From IMG/VR virus record IMGVR_UViG_3300029953_000013: DNA of 64,000 bases; one strand, written 5' to 3'. Positions 1-9,395 of the stretch are shown here, piece by piece (the first letter of the stretch is position 1; every line of letters starts with the position of its first letter). Under the pieces are notes generated by a model, which worked only from the letters and a program-made list of their open reading frames with translations, searched no databases and had not been told where the DNA came from. The position numbers were made by a program, and so were the translations under genes. Source of the DNA: a virus. Its lineage: Duplodnaviria > Heunggongvirae > Uroviricota > Caudoviricetes.

Positions 1-120
1 CGGTGCCCAAACGCGATGCTTGAACACCACCTTGGGTGGTGGAATTGCCGCCGCCTTCTCGGACCTTACAAGTGTCCGAAGGTAGTGATCCGGGGGAAGG
101 TAGTCAATTAGTTGTGCCAT
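1..120 (-). CDS. hypothetical protein, 3' portion cut by the window edge
   Basis: ATG at 118-120 lies 2 nt after the TAG of the upstream gene; reading frame stays open to position 1. Confidence 0.35.
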   Translation of the reverse strand, partial: MAQLIDYLPPDHYLRTLVRSEKAAAIPPPKVVFKHRVWAP

Positions 121-123
121 CAG

Positions 124-1275
124 CTATGCGATTTTATTCTTGAACTCACGGAACCGGACCAGAAGTACGCTGTGGGGATTTCGCGCCATCCAGTCTTCAC
201 CAACCTCATTCATGAACTCAGCCATGTCACGAGCCAGCGCCCTTCCTGCGGCTTCGGGAGACTTACCTTTGAGTCCCACCAGAGTTTCCCCCATGATGCG
301 CCCCCAAAGGACAGAGGAATAGGCATTGAAGACCTTGGTGGAGCGTTCCTTGAGCAATTTTGGAAGCTCGGTGAATGCCGCAGAGAACATCTTGATTCCA
401 GGTTCGGTGAATTTCACCAGGGCATTGAAGTCCTTGAGGGCAGCGTCATCGCAAGCTTCCAACATGGCTTTGAAAAGGTTCTGCGTATTCACCACCGTAA
501 TGCTGTGAATCTCCCGGTTGGTCCGTTCGGTGACTACCAGGGAATGCTTGGGGAAATGCTGAAGGTCTTTCTCGATGACCAACTTACCCACAATCCACTG
601 GGCAATGCGTCCTCGCTTTCCGGCGAACTTCTCAAGCTGCTTCGCCGGGTCCAGCGCGGCACTCTTGGACTTGAGCATGGAAACAGCCACGGTTTCCAGC
701 TTGAACGTCTGCCGGGTCATATTCATACGAACCGTGGCATAACACGCCTTGCTGTAGGTGGTTGCATCCACCCAAAGGGGAATCTTCGCCTTGAACCCGA
801 ACAAGATGGCAAGCGCCACAATCCGATGCCGACCATCAAAGATTTGGTAGAACCCTTCAACGTTCTTCTTGGAGGCGGGGAAGTCGCTGATGGTGAATGC
901 CTTCACCGGATTATAGAGCTTGCGATCCACCAGCAAATCTTCCAACACCTTCTGCACCTGGGCTTCATGAATCTCAGCCTGAAGGTTGAGGACGTTCTGT
1001 GCCCCAAAGCAGCCGGTCACTTCATTGAGAACCTTGCCAGCCGGGGTAGACGCATTCATGAAGGCGGCGTCATTATTGAAGACTGCCATTTCCTCAAGCG
1101 GGACAGCCTTGAGATCGTGCAGGAAGTGGGATTCAAAGATTTCTTCCCAGGTGGGCAGGGAGGTAACGCCCAGCTTCTTCATGATGGAGATCAGTAACTT
1201 TCCTTCGCGGGATTCAGGATTCGGGTGAACCGCATACTTGGAGAGGGATTCGATACGAGCGGGGGTGAAGGGCAT
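124..1275 (-). CDS. ParB/sulfiredoxin-fold nuclease-like protein with a DGRHR motif (ParB- or DndB-like)
   Basis: 383 aa ORF; FDGRHRIVALAILFG motif; GGAG RBS 8 nt before the ATG; palindromic operator in its 5' leader. Confidence 0.55.
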   Translation of the reverse strand: MPFTPARIESLSKYAVHPNPESREGKLLISIMKKLGVTSLPTWEEIFESHFLHDLKAVPLEEMAVFNNDAAFMNASTPAGKVLNEVTGCFGAQNVLNLQAEIHEAQVQKVLEDLLVDRKLYNPVKAFTISDFPASKKNVEGFYQIFDGRHRIVALAILFGFKAKIPLWVDATTYSKACYATVRMNMTRQTFKLETVAVSMLKSKSAALDPAKQLEKFAGKRGRIAQWIVGKLVIEKDLQHFPKHSLVVTERTNREIHSITVVNTQNLFKAMLEACDDAALKDFNALVKFTEPGIKMFSAAFTELPKLLKERSTKVFNAYSSVLWGRIMGETLVGLKGKSPEAAGRALARDMAEFMNEVGEDWMARNPHSVLLVRFREFKNKIA

Positions 1276-1295
1276 GTAAACTCCAGTGGGTTAAT

Positions 1296-1312
1296 TGTGT
1301 GACGATCACACA
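1296..1312. promoter_or_regulatory. palindromic operator-like site TGTGTGACGATCACACA
   Basis: perfect inverted repeat about 23 nt upstream of the 124-1275 start; one of five copies of the TGTGACGATCACA core. Confidence 0.5.
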
Positions 1313-1380
1313 TGATAGTTGAAGAGAAGGGGTTCCGCCCTTCAGTAGACTACCAAAGGACGGAACTTTATAGCAGGAAA

Positions 1381-2913
1381 CTACTCGATCTTGTCCACAT
1401 TGAAGGTGATGCCGGGGAAGCTTGCGTGTTTCCCGCCATAGCCTTTGGTGATGATTGTCCGCAGCTTGGACAGGTGCTTCCACGATTCAAACCGCTTCTT
1501 GCACTCTTCGGAATCTTCGGCATCAGTGATGAGAATGACCGCAGAAGGCTTAATCTTCTCCTTCTCAAATTCATCAATGATGGAGTCGATCCGGGTTCCA
1601 CCGGTCCACACAATGGGTGGAATCTCCTGCTCTGTGACGATCACATCTTCTTCGATCTTGCTGGTGAATACAATGCGCCGGATCTTATGACCCTTCACAT
1701 GCTTGAAAGCATCCAGCACGATCCTGTTTGCCGCCTTCAGTTCTTCAGGACTCATCGACCCCGAAGCGTCAATGCAGATCACCAGTTCCCGAAGGATGTC
1801 AGACTTGGAAGGCGTTGCAGAAGGCATCCGCAAAGACATTCCCATACGAGCCATCCACATATCGTTCCTGCCGATGTTGCGGTAGCTGTATTCCTTCTGA
1901 GGGACGGTATCCCGGATCTTGCGCAGCACTTCGCTGAGACTGATCACCGGTTTCTTGGCGGCTTCGTCCATCTCGCGGGACATCGCGGAACCGTTGCGGC
2001 TGTGAAGCTTCTTGCCGTGACGCTCCATGTAGTCCTTCAGAGCGTTTTCGACCAACTCCCCCATGTCTTCGGGAACATCCGACTTAGGCACACCACCACC
2101 GAAATCTTCACCGAACATGTCGGAAACGTCATCGCCGCCGCCTTCTCCTTCACCACCGGAACCCTCGCCTTCGCCATCCCCGTTTCCTTCGCCGGGTTGG
2201 TCGCCAGAGCCTTCCTGTCCTTCGCCCTGACCTTCCCCCTCTCCTTCGCCTTCCCCCTCTTGTGGGGGCTGCTGGGGCTGTTCCTGGGGCTTCTCGCCGC
2301 TCTGTCCACCTTCGCCCTGTCCCTTCCCCTGTCCTTGCTGGGGCGGTTGGTTGGGGTTCTTGCCCGGTCCTTCCGGGTCATCGGGAAGCAGGGCATAGAC
2401 TTCTTCAGCGGCAAGCCCATGGTACTGCTTGTCATAGGTGCCGCTGGCAGCGATTGCCGCCTCCAGTTTGTCTAACTTATCGCCTTTGAAATGGAAGGGC
2501 GGCAGCTTCAGGATGTCCACTACCATCTCATTGTCCACGATATCGCACGCCGTGATCCACTTCTTCTCGATCCTGTGACCGATCCGATCAGGATGCTTGG
2601 AGATGATGTGAATCAGTTCGTGCAGAATGAGGACCGCACGACCGCAAGCTTCCGAAGGGAACCAAGCCTTGCCTTGCTCGATGGTGTTATTCCTGATCTC
2701 TTCCCACTTGCTGGGGCAGAGCGTAATGGATTTGCCATCGGTCCAGGCAGGGTGCGGGGCGTCTTCAACCGCCAGGATAGGCAGCACGCCCAGCCCTTCG
2801 GTAACGAACGGAACATAGTTCCGCAACATGTCGCAGGTTTCAAGCCAGGGCTGCGGAACCTTGATGTACTTCAGCTTTGGGAACGGCTTCTTGCCGCCCT
2901 GTGCTTTAGGCAT
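1381..2913 (-). CDS. VWA-domain protein with an N-terminal HExxH metallopeptidase-like motif and a Gly/Glu/Gln-rich linker (MoxR partner)
   Basis: LILHELIHII (HExxH); VICIDASGSM (DxSxS MIDAS); GEGEGEG low-complexity tract; RBS GGAGGTTCTTATG. Confidence 0.7.
   Translation of the reverse strand: MPKAQGGKKPFPKLKYIKVPQPWLETCDMLRNYVPFVTEGLGVLPILAVEDAPHPAWTDGKSITLCPSKWEEIRNNTIEQGKAWFPSEACGRAVLILHELIHIISKHPDRIGHRIEKKWITACDIVDNEMVVDILKLPPFHFKGDKLDKLEAAIAASGTYDKQYHGLAAEEVYALLPDDPEGPGKNPNQPPQQGQGKGQGEGGQSGEKPQEQPQQPPQEGEGEGEGEGQGEGQEGSGDQPGEGNGDGEGEGSGGEGEGGGDDVSDMFGEDFGGGVPKSDVPEDMGELVENALKDYMERHGKKLHSRNGSAMSREMDEAAKKPVISLSEVLRKIRDTVPQKEYSYRNIGRNDMWMARMGMSLRMPSATPSKSDILRELVICIDASGSMSPEELKAANRIVLDAFKHVKGHKIRRIVFTSKIEEDVIVTEQEIPPIVWTGGTRIDSIIDEFEKEKIKPSAVILITDAEDSEECKKRFESWKHLSKLRTIITKGYGGKHASFPGITFNVDKIE
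1633..1645. promoter_or_regulatory. intragenic copy of the TGTGACGATCACA palindrome
   Basis: exact 13-mer inside the VWA gene. Confidence 0.3.
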
Positions 2914-2928
2914 AAGAACCTCCGTGGG

Positions 2929-4086
2929 TTACAGGTGAGAAGCTTCGTTCTGTTCCTTGAGCGAACCCAGCAGCAGCTTGGTCCATTCCGCCGCACCCAT
3001 GACCTTCGTGCCCACCGCATTCAGGACCGAATGCTGATAGTCACGGTGGATGGATTCCTTCGCGGTTTCCGTGTAGGTCCGCAAAAGTTCACGACCCACG
3101 ATATCTTTCTTCAACTGCTGGAAGAGCCAAGTCGAAGCGTTCACGAATTGATCATGATCCTCGGCGCTGGAAAGCAGGGAGAAGGCGGTCATCATCTGAA
3201 GCGGACCCATGACCTTCCCCGCCTTGATTGCGGCGTTGGGGAAGACCTCGGCATCGCCCATGAGGATCTTGCTGACCTTCGGAAGATACTTGTAAACCGC
3301 GTAGTAATCCCCGAACGCCTTGCCAGCGACAGGACCGATTGCGGCGTAGGCTTCCTCAAAGACGGTCGTGGGAACGCCGCGCTCCATGCGATACAGACCC
3401 TTGGACAGAAGCTCGAAGGCACGAGCGGAAGGGAAGGGGGTGTTCGGCGCGGGAAGCTCCACGCCATACAGCTTCCGGGGCGTGAACTCCTTGACATGCA
3501 GGTAGTTCTCTTTGGTTTCCTGAATGAAGGCGGCGACCACCGGATGGATCTTCTTGATGCCCTCGTTGAAGGCGTAGTTCAGGAAATCGGTATGCTCGTA
3601 ATCCACGAGGAAGAGATCACCACGATTCAGAATGATCCTGGGCAGGTCTTCCGCCAGTTCGGAGCAGCCCGGAGGGTTGCAAGCGTAGATACGAGCCTGA
3701 TTGTAAACGTGGGGATGCCCCGGAATCACACCTTCCACGAGGAAGTTGCTCAAGCCGGTGAACACCGACCGATCCGGGGAATTGGTCAACTCATCGACCA
3801 TCGAAGGCTGCGTGGGATCGAAGTGAGCCAGCGGCAGCATGACAGTGTGCGTGAACTCCTTGTTCGGCGCGGCACAACCGCTCAACTCGCCAAGCGTCAT
3901 CATACCGGCGTTGAAATAGTTGCCGGAAAAACCGCAGTCCCGCACAACCTGCCGGTAAATCGAAGTCTTGCCCACGCCGGGTTCGCCCATCAAACCCAAG
4001 CAACCCATGTCGCCGGGGTGTTCGATGTAATCCTTGAGGATCGGGGCAACCTTGTTGAAGGCGATGATATTGAGATGGCTGGTCAT
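2929..4086 (-). CDS. MoxR-like AAA+ ATPase
   Basis: Walker A GEPGVGKT; ~385 aa; directly upstream of the VWA partner; GGAG RBS. Confidence 0.7.
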   Translation of the reverse strand: MTSHLNIIAFNKVAPILKDYIEHPGDMGCLGLMGEPGVGKTSIYRQVVRDCGFSGNYFNAGMMTLGELSGCAAPNKEFTHTVMLPLAHFDPTQPSMVDELTNSPDRSVFTGLSNFLVEGVIPGHPHVYNQARIYACNPPGCSELAEDLPRIILNRGDLFLVDYEHTDFLNYAFNEGIKKIHPVVAAFIQETKENYLHVKEFTPRKLYGVELPAPNTPFPSARAFELLSKGLYRMERGVPTTVFEEAYAAIGPVAGKAFGDYYAVYKYLPKVSKILMGDAEVFPNAAIKAGKVMGPLQMMTAFSLLSSAEDHDQFVNASTWLFQQLKKDIVGRELLRTYTETAKESIHRDYQHSVLNAVGTKVMGAAEWTKLLLGSLKEQNEASHL

Positions 4087-4175
4087 TTACTACTCCAGAA
4101 TAGTGTGACAAAGCACACGGTTGGTGAAAGAATGATACCGAAGTTTTTGAAACCTTGTCAAGAACTATTTAAGTG

Positions 4176-4793
4176 CTACTGGAAATGGAGCTTACCGGTG
4201 CGACCGATCCAGACATCACAGCCGCCCCAGGCATGAGCCGACTTGGTGAGCCTGTCTCCCTTTGCTCTATACCCACGATCCCAAAAGCCAGCGCCATGAT
4301 GGTTCCTGGTGAGCCAGAAATCATGTCCGCTCTGCTCTTCATCGAGATTCGCAAGGTCTTCCAGGTTGGCTTCAACGAAGTCCTTGCACTCCTTTTCAGC
4401 CGCCTTCTTATCGTCCACGGTGAAGGAGTCTTCATCGAAGGTGCGCCCCTTCGCCTCATCCTCCATAGGACCGGACCACGCAGCGCAGGACAGGTAGCCT
4501 TGGAAGAAAGCGTAGAAGTCGAATTCCTTGGTGAACATAACGCCGGGTTGAACCTTCAGGACGTATTGCTCCACTTCCTGGCGGGTCTTTGCACGGTGAT
4601 AAGTGCGGAAGTGTCCCGCCACGATGCAGTAGACGTTGTTCGGGGTTCCCCAGTAGGCACCGCCCGAATCATAGCCGCCACTGTCCAAGACAACCTTGAA
4701 GATTGTCACCTTCTCCGTGATCGGAAGGGTCATGTTCGTGTCCCTTCCCATTGGTGCGCCGTAGCGGCTGCTTACATCTGGCATCTTAGGCAT
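4176..4793 (-). CDS. hypothetical protein
   Basis: start refined to MPKMPD with RBS GGGAGAGGCTGAT before the ATG. Confidence 0.5.
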   Translation of the reverse strand: MPKMPDVSSRYGAPMGRDTNMTLPITEKVTIFKVVLDSGGYDSGGAYWGTPNNVYCIVAGHFRTYHRAKTRQEVEQYVLKVQPGVMFTKEFDFYAFFQGYLSCAAWSGPMEDEAKGRTFDEDSFTVDDKKAAEKECKDFVEANLEDLANLDEEQSGHDFWLTRNHHGAGFWDRGYRAKGDRLTKSAHAWGGCDVWIGRTGKLHFQ

Positions 4794-4794
4794 A

Positions 4795-5124
4795 TCAGCC
4801 TCTCCCATAATGAAGTTTGATTCCCTTCGCCACTTCCTGGGCAATGAAGATGTATTCGATTCCGCTATGTGTGAGGTAATAGCAGGGTTCGCCCTTATAC
4901 CGCGACTTATCAAAGCTTACATGCCAGTCACGCCCCAGCCCCAGCCCCGAATCGTCGTACTTGGTGCGAGTGCAGTAACCAAGTTCCTGCTCAAGCCCTT
5001 CCATATCGCAATGCTTGCGCATCGTTTTCAAGGTGATGCTCTTGGAAGCAGCCTTCATTTCATTGATGGCGTCACCATCGCCACATGCTACACAGCTTGT
5101 GAGGTATTTGAATGGCTTCCCCAT
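4795..5124 (-). CDS. hypothetical protein
   Basis: 109 aa ORF in the gene train; weak RBS. Confidence 0.4.
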   Translation of the reverse strand: MGKPFKYLTSCVACGDGDAINEMKAASKSITLKTMRKHCDMEGLEQELGYCTRTKYDDSGLGLGRDWHVSFDKSRYKGEPCYYLTHSGIEYIFIAQEVAKGIKLHYGRG

Positions 5125-5126
5125 GC

Positions 5127-5570
5127 TTACAGCATGAAGGAAAGAAGCGCACTGGTGATGGCGGTATAGACTTGGAGAATTTCACCTTCCACATAGAAGT
5201 CCGTCTGCCCGCCCCGCAGGAAGTCCTTGTAGGTTGGTCCCACGTTGGCATCCTCAAGCTGGCGAACCACGTTGGACTTTACGATCATCCTGGTATCGGT
5301 CATCATCGCGCCCCGATCCGGCGCTTCACCGAAATACACCAGCAGCCAGGGTTCGGTGACGCTCTCGTGCTTCTTGAACTGAAGGCAGATGCCGATCTTG
5401 CCCTCAAACCGCATCGGGGAAGACTGGATGACTTCAGGCGGCTGGCACTCTTCGATCTCACTGCCGCACAGGTAAGCCATCACAGCCATGGCTTGCTTGT
5501 TCACGCCGAAGCTGGGATCACCCATGCGGAAGAAGATCAGGAAGTCGCGGATTTCGTTGTCGTTGGACAT
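5127..5570 (-). CDS. hypothetical protein
   Basis: RBS GAGGCTTTATG. Confidence 0.55.
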   Translation of the reverse strand: MSNDNEIRDFLIFFRMGDPSFGVNKQAMAVMAYLCGSEIEECQPPEVIQSSPMRFEGKIGICLQFKKHESVTEPWLLVYFGEAPDRGAMMTDTRMIVKSNVVRQLEDANVGPTYKDFLRGGQTDFYVEGEILQVYTAITSALLSFML

Positions 5571-5603
5571 AAAGCCTCTTTGGTTGGTTGATGGATGTGA
5601 GAA

Positions 5604-6149
5604 TCACAGCCCGTAAGTTCTGAGAACAGACCCATGATGACATGCGGCATTCAGCACATCCACAGGGATTCCTTCGTTGGGTAGCTTACGCACCCAGCGA
5701 GTGCTGTCAGTGTATTCGTAAATACCAGCGGCAAGCTTCTGCCGACCGCACTGCTTCTTGATGGCTTCCATTGGCACCCCATGCCGGTTGCGCTTGAAAC
5801 AGACTTCAGGGGTTTCAACCAAGATGATCACTTCCACCTTGTAGCCCATGGAACGCGCAGCCACCATGTAGAACTTCCTATCACGGCTACGCAGGTTGGT
5901 GTTATCCACCACGATCTCAGGGATGCCCTTCTTCAAGGCATCCATGAAACGCCGCTGGCACTCACCGTGGGCATAGGGAAGCCGCTCTTCACTTCTCACT
6001 TCCTTGTAGCTCACGCCCTGCTGAAAGGCGATCTTCTCGAAGTAGTGATCCGCCGAAACCACGATGGCTTTGGGGAAATGCTTCTCAATAAAGGTTGTCT
6101 TGCCGGAACCCGAAGGTCCAACCATGACATGTACAGTGCCCTTCGTCAT
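5604..6149 (-). CDS. P-loop kinase (AAA_33 / polynucleotide-kinase-like kinase domain)
   Basis: VMVGPSGSGKTT Walker A near the N-terminus; 181 aa; ATGA overlap with the upstream gene. Confidence 0.55.
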   Translation of the reverse strand: MTKGTVHVMVGPSGSGKTTFIEKHFPKAIVVSADHYFEKIAFQQGVSYKEVRSEERLPYAHGECQRRFMDALKKGIPEIVVDNTNLRSRDRKFYMVAARSMGYKVEVIILVETPEVCFKRNRHGVPMEAIKKQCGRQKLAAGIYEYTDSTRWVRKLPNEGIPVDVLNAACHHGSVLRTYGL

Positions 6150-6796
6150 GCCGCTTCCTCTCCATCTCTTGAATAGCGTTTGTCCTGGTTCGCAAGCTCT
6201 TCCTTGCAGTTGTCTTCAGAGTGATGATAATCAATGATATCATAGCCTTCCCTTTCAAGCAAGCTGGAAGTTTCTTTATAATCTTCGTCAACCAGATCAT
6301 GTAACTTCTCCATGATGGTGACAAGGTGCGATTCCACCAGTTCAAGGAACGCCGTTTCAGGATCGGGGCTTTCATCTTCCCAGTCCAACGTGCAGGAATT
6401 GTAGTGGTAGTAATGGTTGTCGGTGTGCCTGATCTTCGCACTCAGGTTATCAAGCCTGGGTTTGATCGCATCCCATTCAAGCTGGGTGAACTGCTCCTTC
6501 TCGATGAACCGGGGAATGATGATGTCCCAATCGAAGCCGCCTTCCCAGCACATGCCATCACCTTGGCAACAGCCCAGGCTCCAGTAAATGGTTGGGCGTT
6601 TGTCATTCCACCCGCGCTCGGTCCTGGTATCGACTACAAAGCCCAGTTCCTTCAACCTTTCGGGGAAGAAGTCTCTAAGGTCGCATTCGATAGCATCCTC
6701 AAACCAAGACCAGCGATCCTTGTCTAAGAACCGCTTGAGAACCCGCTTCCGGGAATGCTTGGGAAGCTGCTGGAATCTGTAAGCTCTGTCTCCCAT
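6146..6796 (-). CDS. hypothetical acidic protein
   Basis: RBS GGGAGGCAATCATG. Confidence 0.55.
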   Translation of the reverse strand: MGDRAYRFQQLPKHSRKRVLKRFLDKDRWSWFEDAIECDLRDFFPERLKELGFVVDTRTERGWNDKRPTIYWSLGCCQGDGMCWEGGFDWDIIIPRFIEKEQFTQLEWDAIKPRLDNLSAKIRHTDNHYYHYNSCTLDWEDESPDPETAFLELVESHLVTIMEKLHDLVDEDYKETSSLLEREGYDIIDYHHSEDNCKEELANQDKRYSRDGEEAA

Positions 6797-6809
6797 GATT
6801 GCCTCCCGG

Positions 6810-7463
6810 TTACTTGACGTTGGGGTTCTCGATGAAGCCAGCCGCCTTCAGGATCGCAATGCCTTGTGCGGTGGTGCCCTTCTCGTAATTGAAGATGTTT
6901 TCCATGGTTTCCACGAAGTCAGGAATCAACTGCTCCAAGGCATCGTCATACTCGCCGCTCAAGCATTTGTGCTGCTCCCAAAAGCTCTTGCGGATGATGA
7001 CGATGGCAGACTCACCATCCAAATCCGTTTCGCTGAAGTAGAAGTCAGGCGGAAGGATTTGGTTGGGGGAAGCCAGCATGATTTCAGGCTGTATCTGATT
7101 GGTCCTGAGGATGGCTGGCATGAACGCAACGGGAGGTTGCACCGGCTCGGGATCTTTGAAGACTTCTTCATGCTCGGCAGTCACGCATTCCGTTACCGGG
7201 ATGCCCTCACCAAACATGTTCTCCAGGTTGGCGTCTTCAGGCGGCACGATCAAATACTTCACGCCGGAATCCCGCAGCGCCATGAGCGTGAGCTTGTAAC
7301 GGGCATCCTGGGCATTGATGTTCGCATGGTGCAGAAGGTCTTCAACCGGAGCTACCAACCAAGGATCGGAAAGACCCTGGCTTGCAGCGCGCCGCACCAG
7401 CGGAACGAGATCAGCCGCATAGGCTGTGTTGTCTTTACTGAAGGGGAATTCGATGAGTTCCAT
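6810..7463 (-). CDS. hypothetical protein
   Basis: 217 aa; RBS GGTGAGGTAGATATG. Confidence 0.55.
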   Translation of the reverse strand: MELIEFPFSKDNTAYAADLVPLVRRAASQGLSDPWLVAPVEDLLHHANINAQDARYKLTLMALRDSGVKYLIVPPEDANLENMFGEGIPVTECVTAEHEEVFKDPEPVQPPVAFMPAILRTNQIQPEIMLASPNQILPPDFYFSETDLDGESAIVIIRKSFWEQHKCLSGEYDDALEQLIPDFVETMENIFNYEKGTTAQGIAILKAAGFIENPNVK

Positions 7464-7517
7464 ATCTACCTCACCGGCTGTGTGAAAGTCACAAGCATAA
7501 AAGCTCCTTTGACTGCG

Positions 7518-7838
7518 TTACTTGATGAAGGGCTGGTTCAGCATCTTCTCTTCGTTGATGACCCCTGTGTACTGCTTGTTCTGAGGATACATCATGCGCT
7601 TGATCTCGGTCCTCATTTCTTTGGTGGACCCGGCGATGACTTTTGTTGCCGCCACCTCGTTGTTCTTCGCCCAGGAAGGCAGCAGGGAATCCTTCGCATA
7701 GCTGGTCGATTCACCACCAACCACCTTGTGACCGCGCTCGGCACGGCTGGTGGTTATCTTCGGGCTGGTGATGAGGTTGGAACTACTGGCACCGAAGCTC
7801 GGCACCATGACGATTGCCAGGATGAGGATGATACGCAT
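7518..7838 (-). CDS. small secreted protein (signal peptide)
   Basis: hydrophobic N-terminus MRIILILAIVMVPSFGASS; RBS AGGAGCGCTTTATG. Confidence 0.5.
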   Translation of the reverse strand: MRIILILAIVMVPSFGASSSNLITSPKITTSRAERGHKVVGGESTSYAKDSLLPSWAKNNEVAATKVIAGSTKEMRTEIKRMMYPQNKQYTGVINEEKMLNQPFIK

Positions 7839-7929
7839 AAAGCGCTCCTAGTTATGGGTGTGGAAGGACAAACCTTCGATGAAACCGCGCATGAAGGTTT
7901 CCAACTCACGCTTGGTCGTGTGGTCGCTG

Positions 7930-8127
7930 TTAAATCGAATCGAGAATGAATTTCGCTCCGCAGTCGGTGCAGCGGTAAATCAATGCTTCACCTTCCTGCT
8001 TTACCTTCTCCCGTTTCTCGTCCCACCCGATCTCGTAGCAGGCTGCCTTGTCGCCGTGCTTGGTGGATTCCTTGAGCGACCCGTCCTGTCCGCAGGAAGG
8101 GCAGAATTTCACATTCATGCTTTTCAT
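7930..8127 (-). CDS. small zinc-ribbon protein
   Basis: CPSCG...CTDCG; strong RBS AAGGAGGAAAGCCTACATG. Confidence 0.5.
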   Translation of the reverse strand: MKSMNVKFCPSCGQDGSLKESTKHGDKAACYEIGWDEKREKVKQEGEALIYRCTDCGAKFILDSI

Positions 8128-8518
8128 GTAGGCTTTCCTCCTTGGGAATATAGCCGTAAACACGGCATGGAACCATGACATCCACTCCGTTATGCGCAGT
8201 GGCGTAGTTGTGATGGAAGAACCAGAACCGCCCGTCCTTGATCTCAGGCAGCTTGGTAAGGCACTCCTTGGGGATCGCTGGGTCCAAGCCGCCAGAGTAG
8301 CTTGAGCCGCCATTCTCGTGCAGGTAGAAGCTACCTTCACCGAAGCCCTTCATGGTGGTCTGGATCGCATCGTCCCAGTCATAGGTGAACCGCTCAAGCC
8401 TCCCATCAGGGAACCTCACGAAGTCGCCCACCTTTGGACCTTCGATCTCATCTCGCTCCTGGACCCTCTTGAAGAGAATGTCCCGGTCCCGTTCATCCAG
8501 TTCCAAATGCGGCTGCAT
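7988..8518 (-). CDS. hypothetical protein; its 3' ~140 nt overlaps the zinc-ribbon gene
   Basis: 176 aa ORF; the C-terminal tail is Arg/Gly-rich and low complexity. Confidence 0.45.
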   Translation of the reverse strand: MQPHLELDERDRDILFKRVQERDEIEGPKVGDFVRFPDGRLERFTYDWDDAIQTTMKGFGEGSFYLHENGGSSYSGGLDPAIPKECLTKLPEIKDGRFWFFHHNYATAHNGVDVMVPCRVYGYIPKEESLHEKHECEILPFLRTGRVAQGIHQARRQGSLLRDRVGRETGEGKAGR

Positions 8519-8530
8519 GGCGTTCTCCTT

Positions 8531-8995
8531 CTATGCGTTAGCGAGAGCTTGAATGAAAGTGGTGTTGAAGCGTTCCATCATGCCAAACATCTTATCTCGA
8601 TGCGCCTCGATAATCCGGTGCTTGTCCCTGGCTGGCATCTTCTTGTCGATGAGCCACATTGCAACGTTGTCCAAGGTTGGGTCTACTTCTTCGCGGGTCC
8701 ACGCCGAAACCTTGTGGGTTTTCTTGATCCCGCCGCCGAAGTAGAATTCATGAACAATGCCATCACTCTCATTGATGGTGGACTTCCAAATGATCAAGGT
8801 TTGCTTGCGAAAGGCGACCACGCAATAATCCCGGTTGGCAGAGATGAACCCTTGAGCGCTCATGCCGTAAGACTGGCGCGGGGCACCATGAACCGCCATG
8901 AATTTATTGATGAGATCGGTGAAGCTGAAATGCACGCCGAACCCAAGTTCTGGCTGCTCCAGGACCGTGAAGATAATCTGATTGGCAAGGCACAT
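8531..8995 (-). CDS. hypothetical protein
   Basis: RBS GGAGGGTTTATG. Confidence 0.55.
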   Translation of the reverse strand: MCLANQIIFTVLEQPELGFGVHFSFTDLINKFMAVHGAPRQSYGMSAQGFISANRDYCVVAFRKQTLIIWKSTINESDGIVHEFYFGGGIKKTHKVSAWTREEVDPTLDNVAMWLIDKKMPARDKHRIIEAHRDKMFGMMERFNTTFIQALANA

Positions 8996-9062
8996 AAACC
9001 CTCCTGTTCAAACGAAAAGGGCAGGGCACAACGCCCCGCCCCTTGTGATGTTCACACTTGTT

Positions 9063-9395
9063 TTAGTCGAGGGTGATTTGCTCCAACACCCATTCACTGT
9101 ATCCGAATTCGGTTTCACGAGATGCCACCGCTTTCATCCACTTTTCAAAGGGATGTTCAGGATGTGGGCATTCCTCTGTGTAATCGGCATAGGCGGCTGC
9201 TTCAGCCTTCAGAACATCCGCCCAGTCGCAATCCAAGCCCCGCACATCCTTGAGGGTTTTCAGGGCTTCCTTCACTTCGGGACGAGTATACGGATTCTGT
9301 GTGTCGTAGTTACGTCCTTGCATGAAAACCAGCAGCAGCTTTACCAGCGCTGCATCCAACTTCTCGACTCTGTTATGAAGAATCAGGTCGCTCAT
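9063..9395 (-). CDS. hypothetical protein
   Basis: ATG start with an ATGA overlap to the upstream stop. Confidence 0.5.
   Translation of the reverse strand: MSDLILHNRVEKLDAALVKLLLVFMQGRNYDTQNPYTRPEVKEALKTLKDVRGLDCDWADVLKAEAAAYADYTEECPHPEHPFEKWMKAVASRETEFGYSEWVLEQITLD

Noticed and set aside
112-1197. 361-aa plus-strand ORF
   Set aside because: Runs antisense across the ParB-like gene, has no RBS and an Arg/Gly/His-rich composition typical of shadow ORFs.
1312-2475. 387-aa plus-strand ORF
   Set aside because: Antisense to the VWA gene; its low-complexity repeats mirror the GEGEGE linker on the other strand.
2491-4236. 581-aa plus-strand ORF
   Set aside because: Antisense shadow of the MoxR and VWA genes; Arg-rich, no RBS.
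6795-7949. 384-aa plus-strand ORF
   Set aside because: Overlaps several well-supported minus-strand genes, each with its own RBS.
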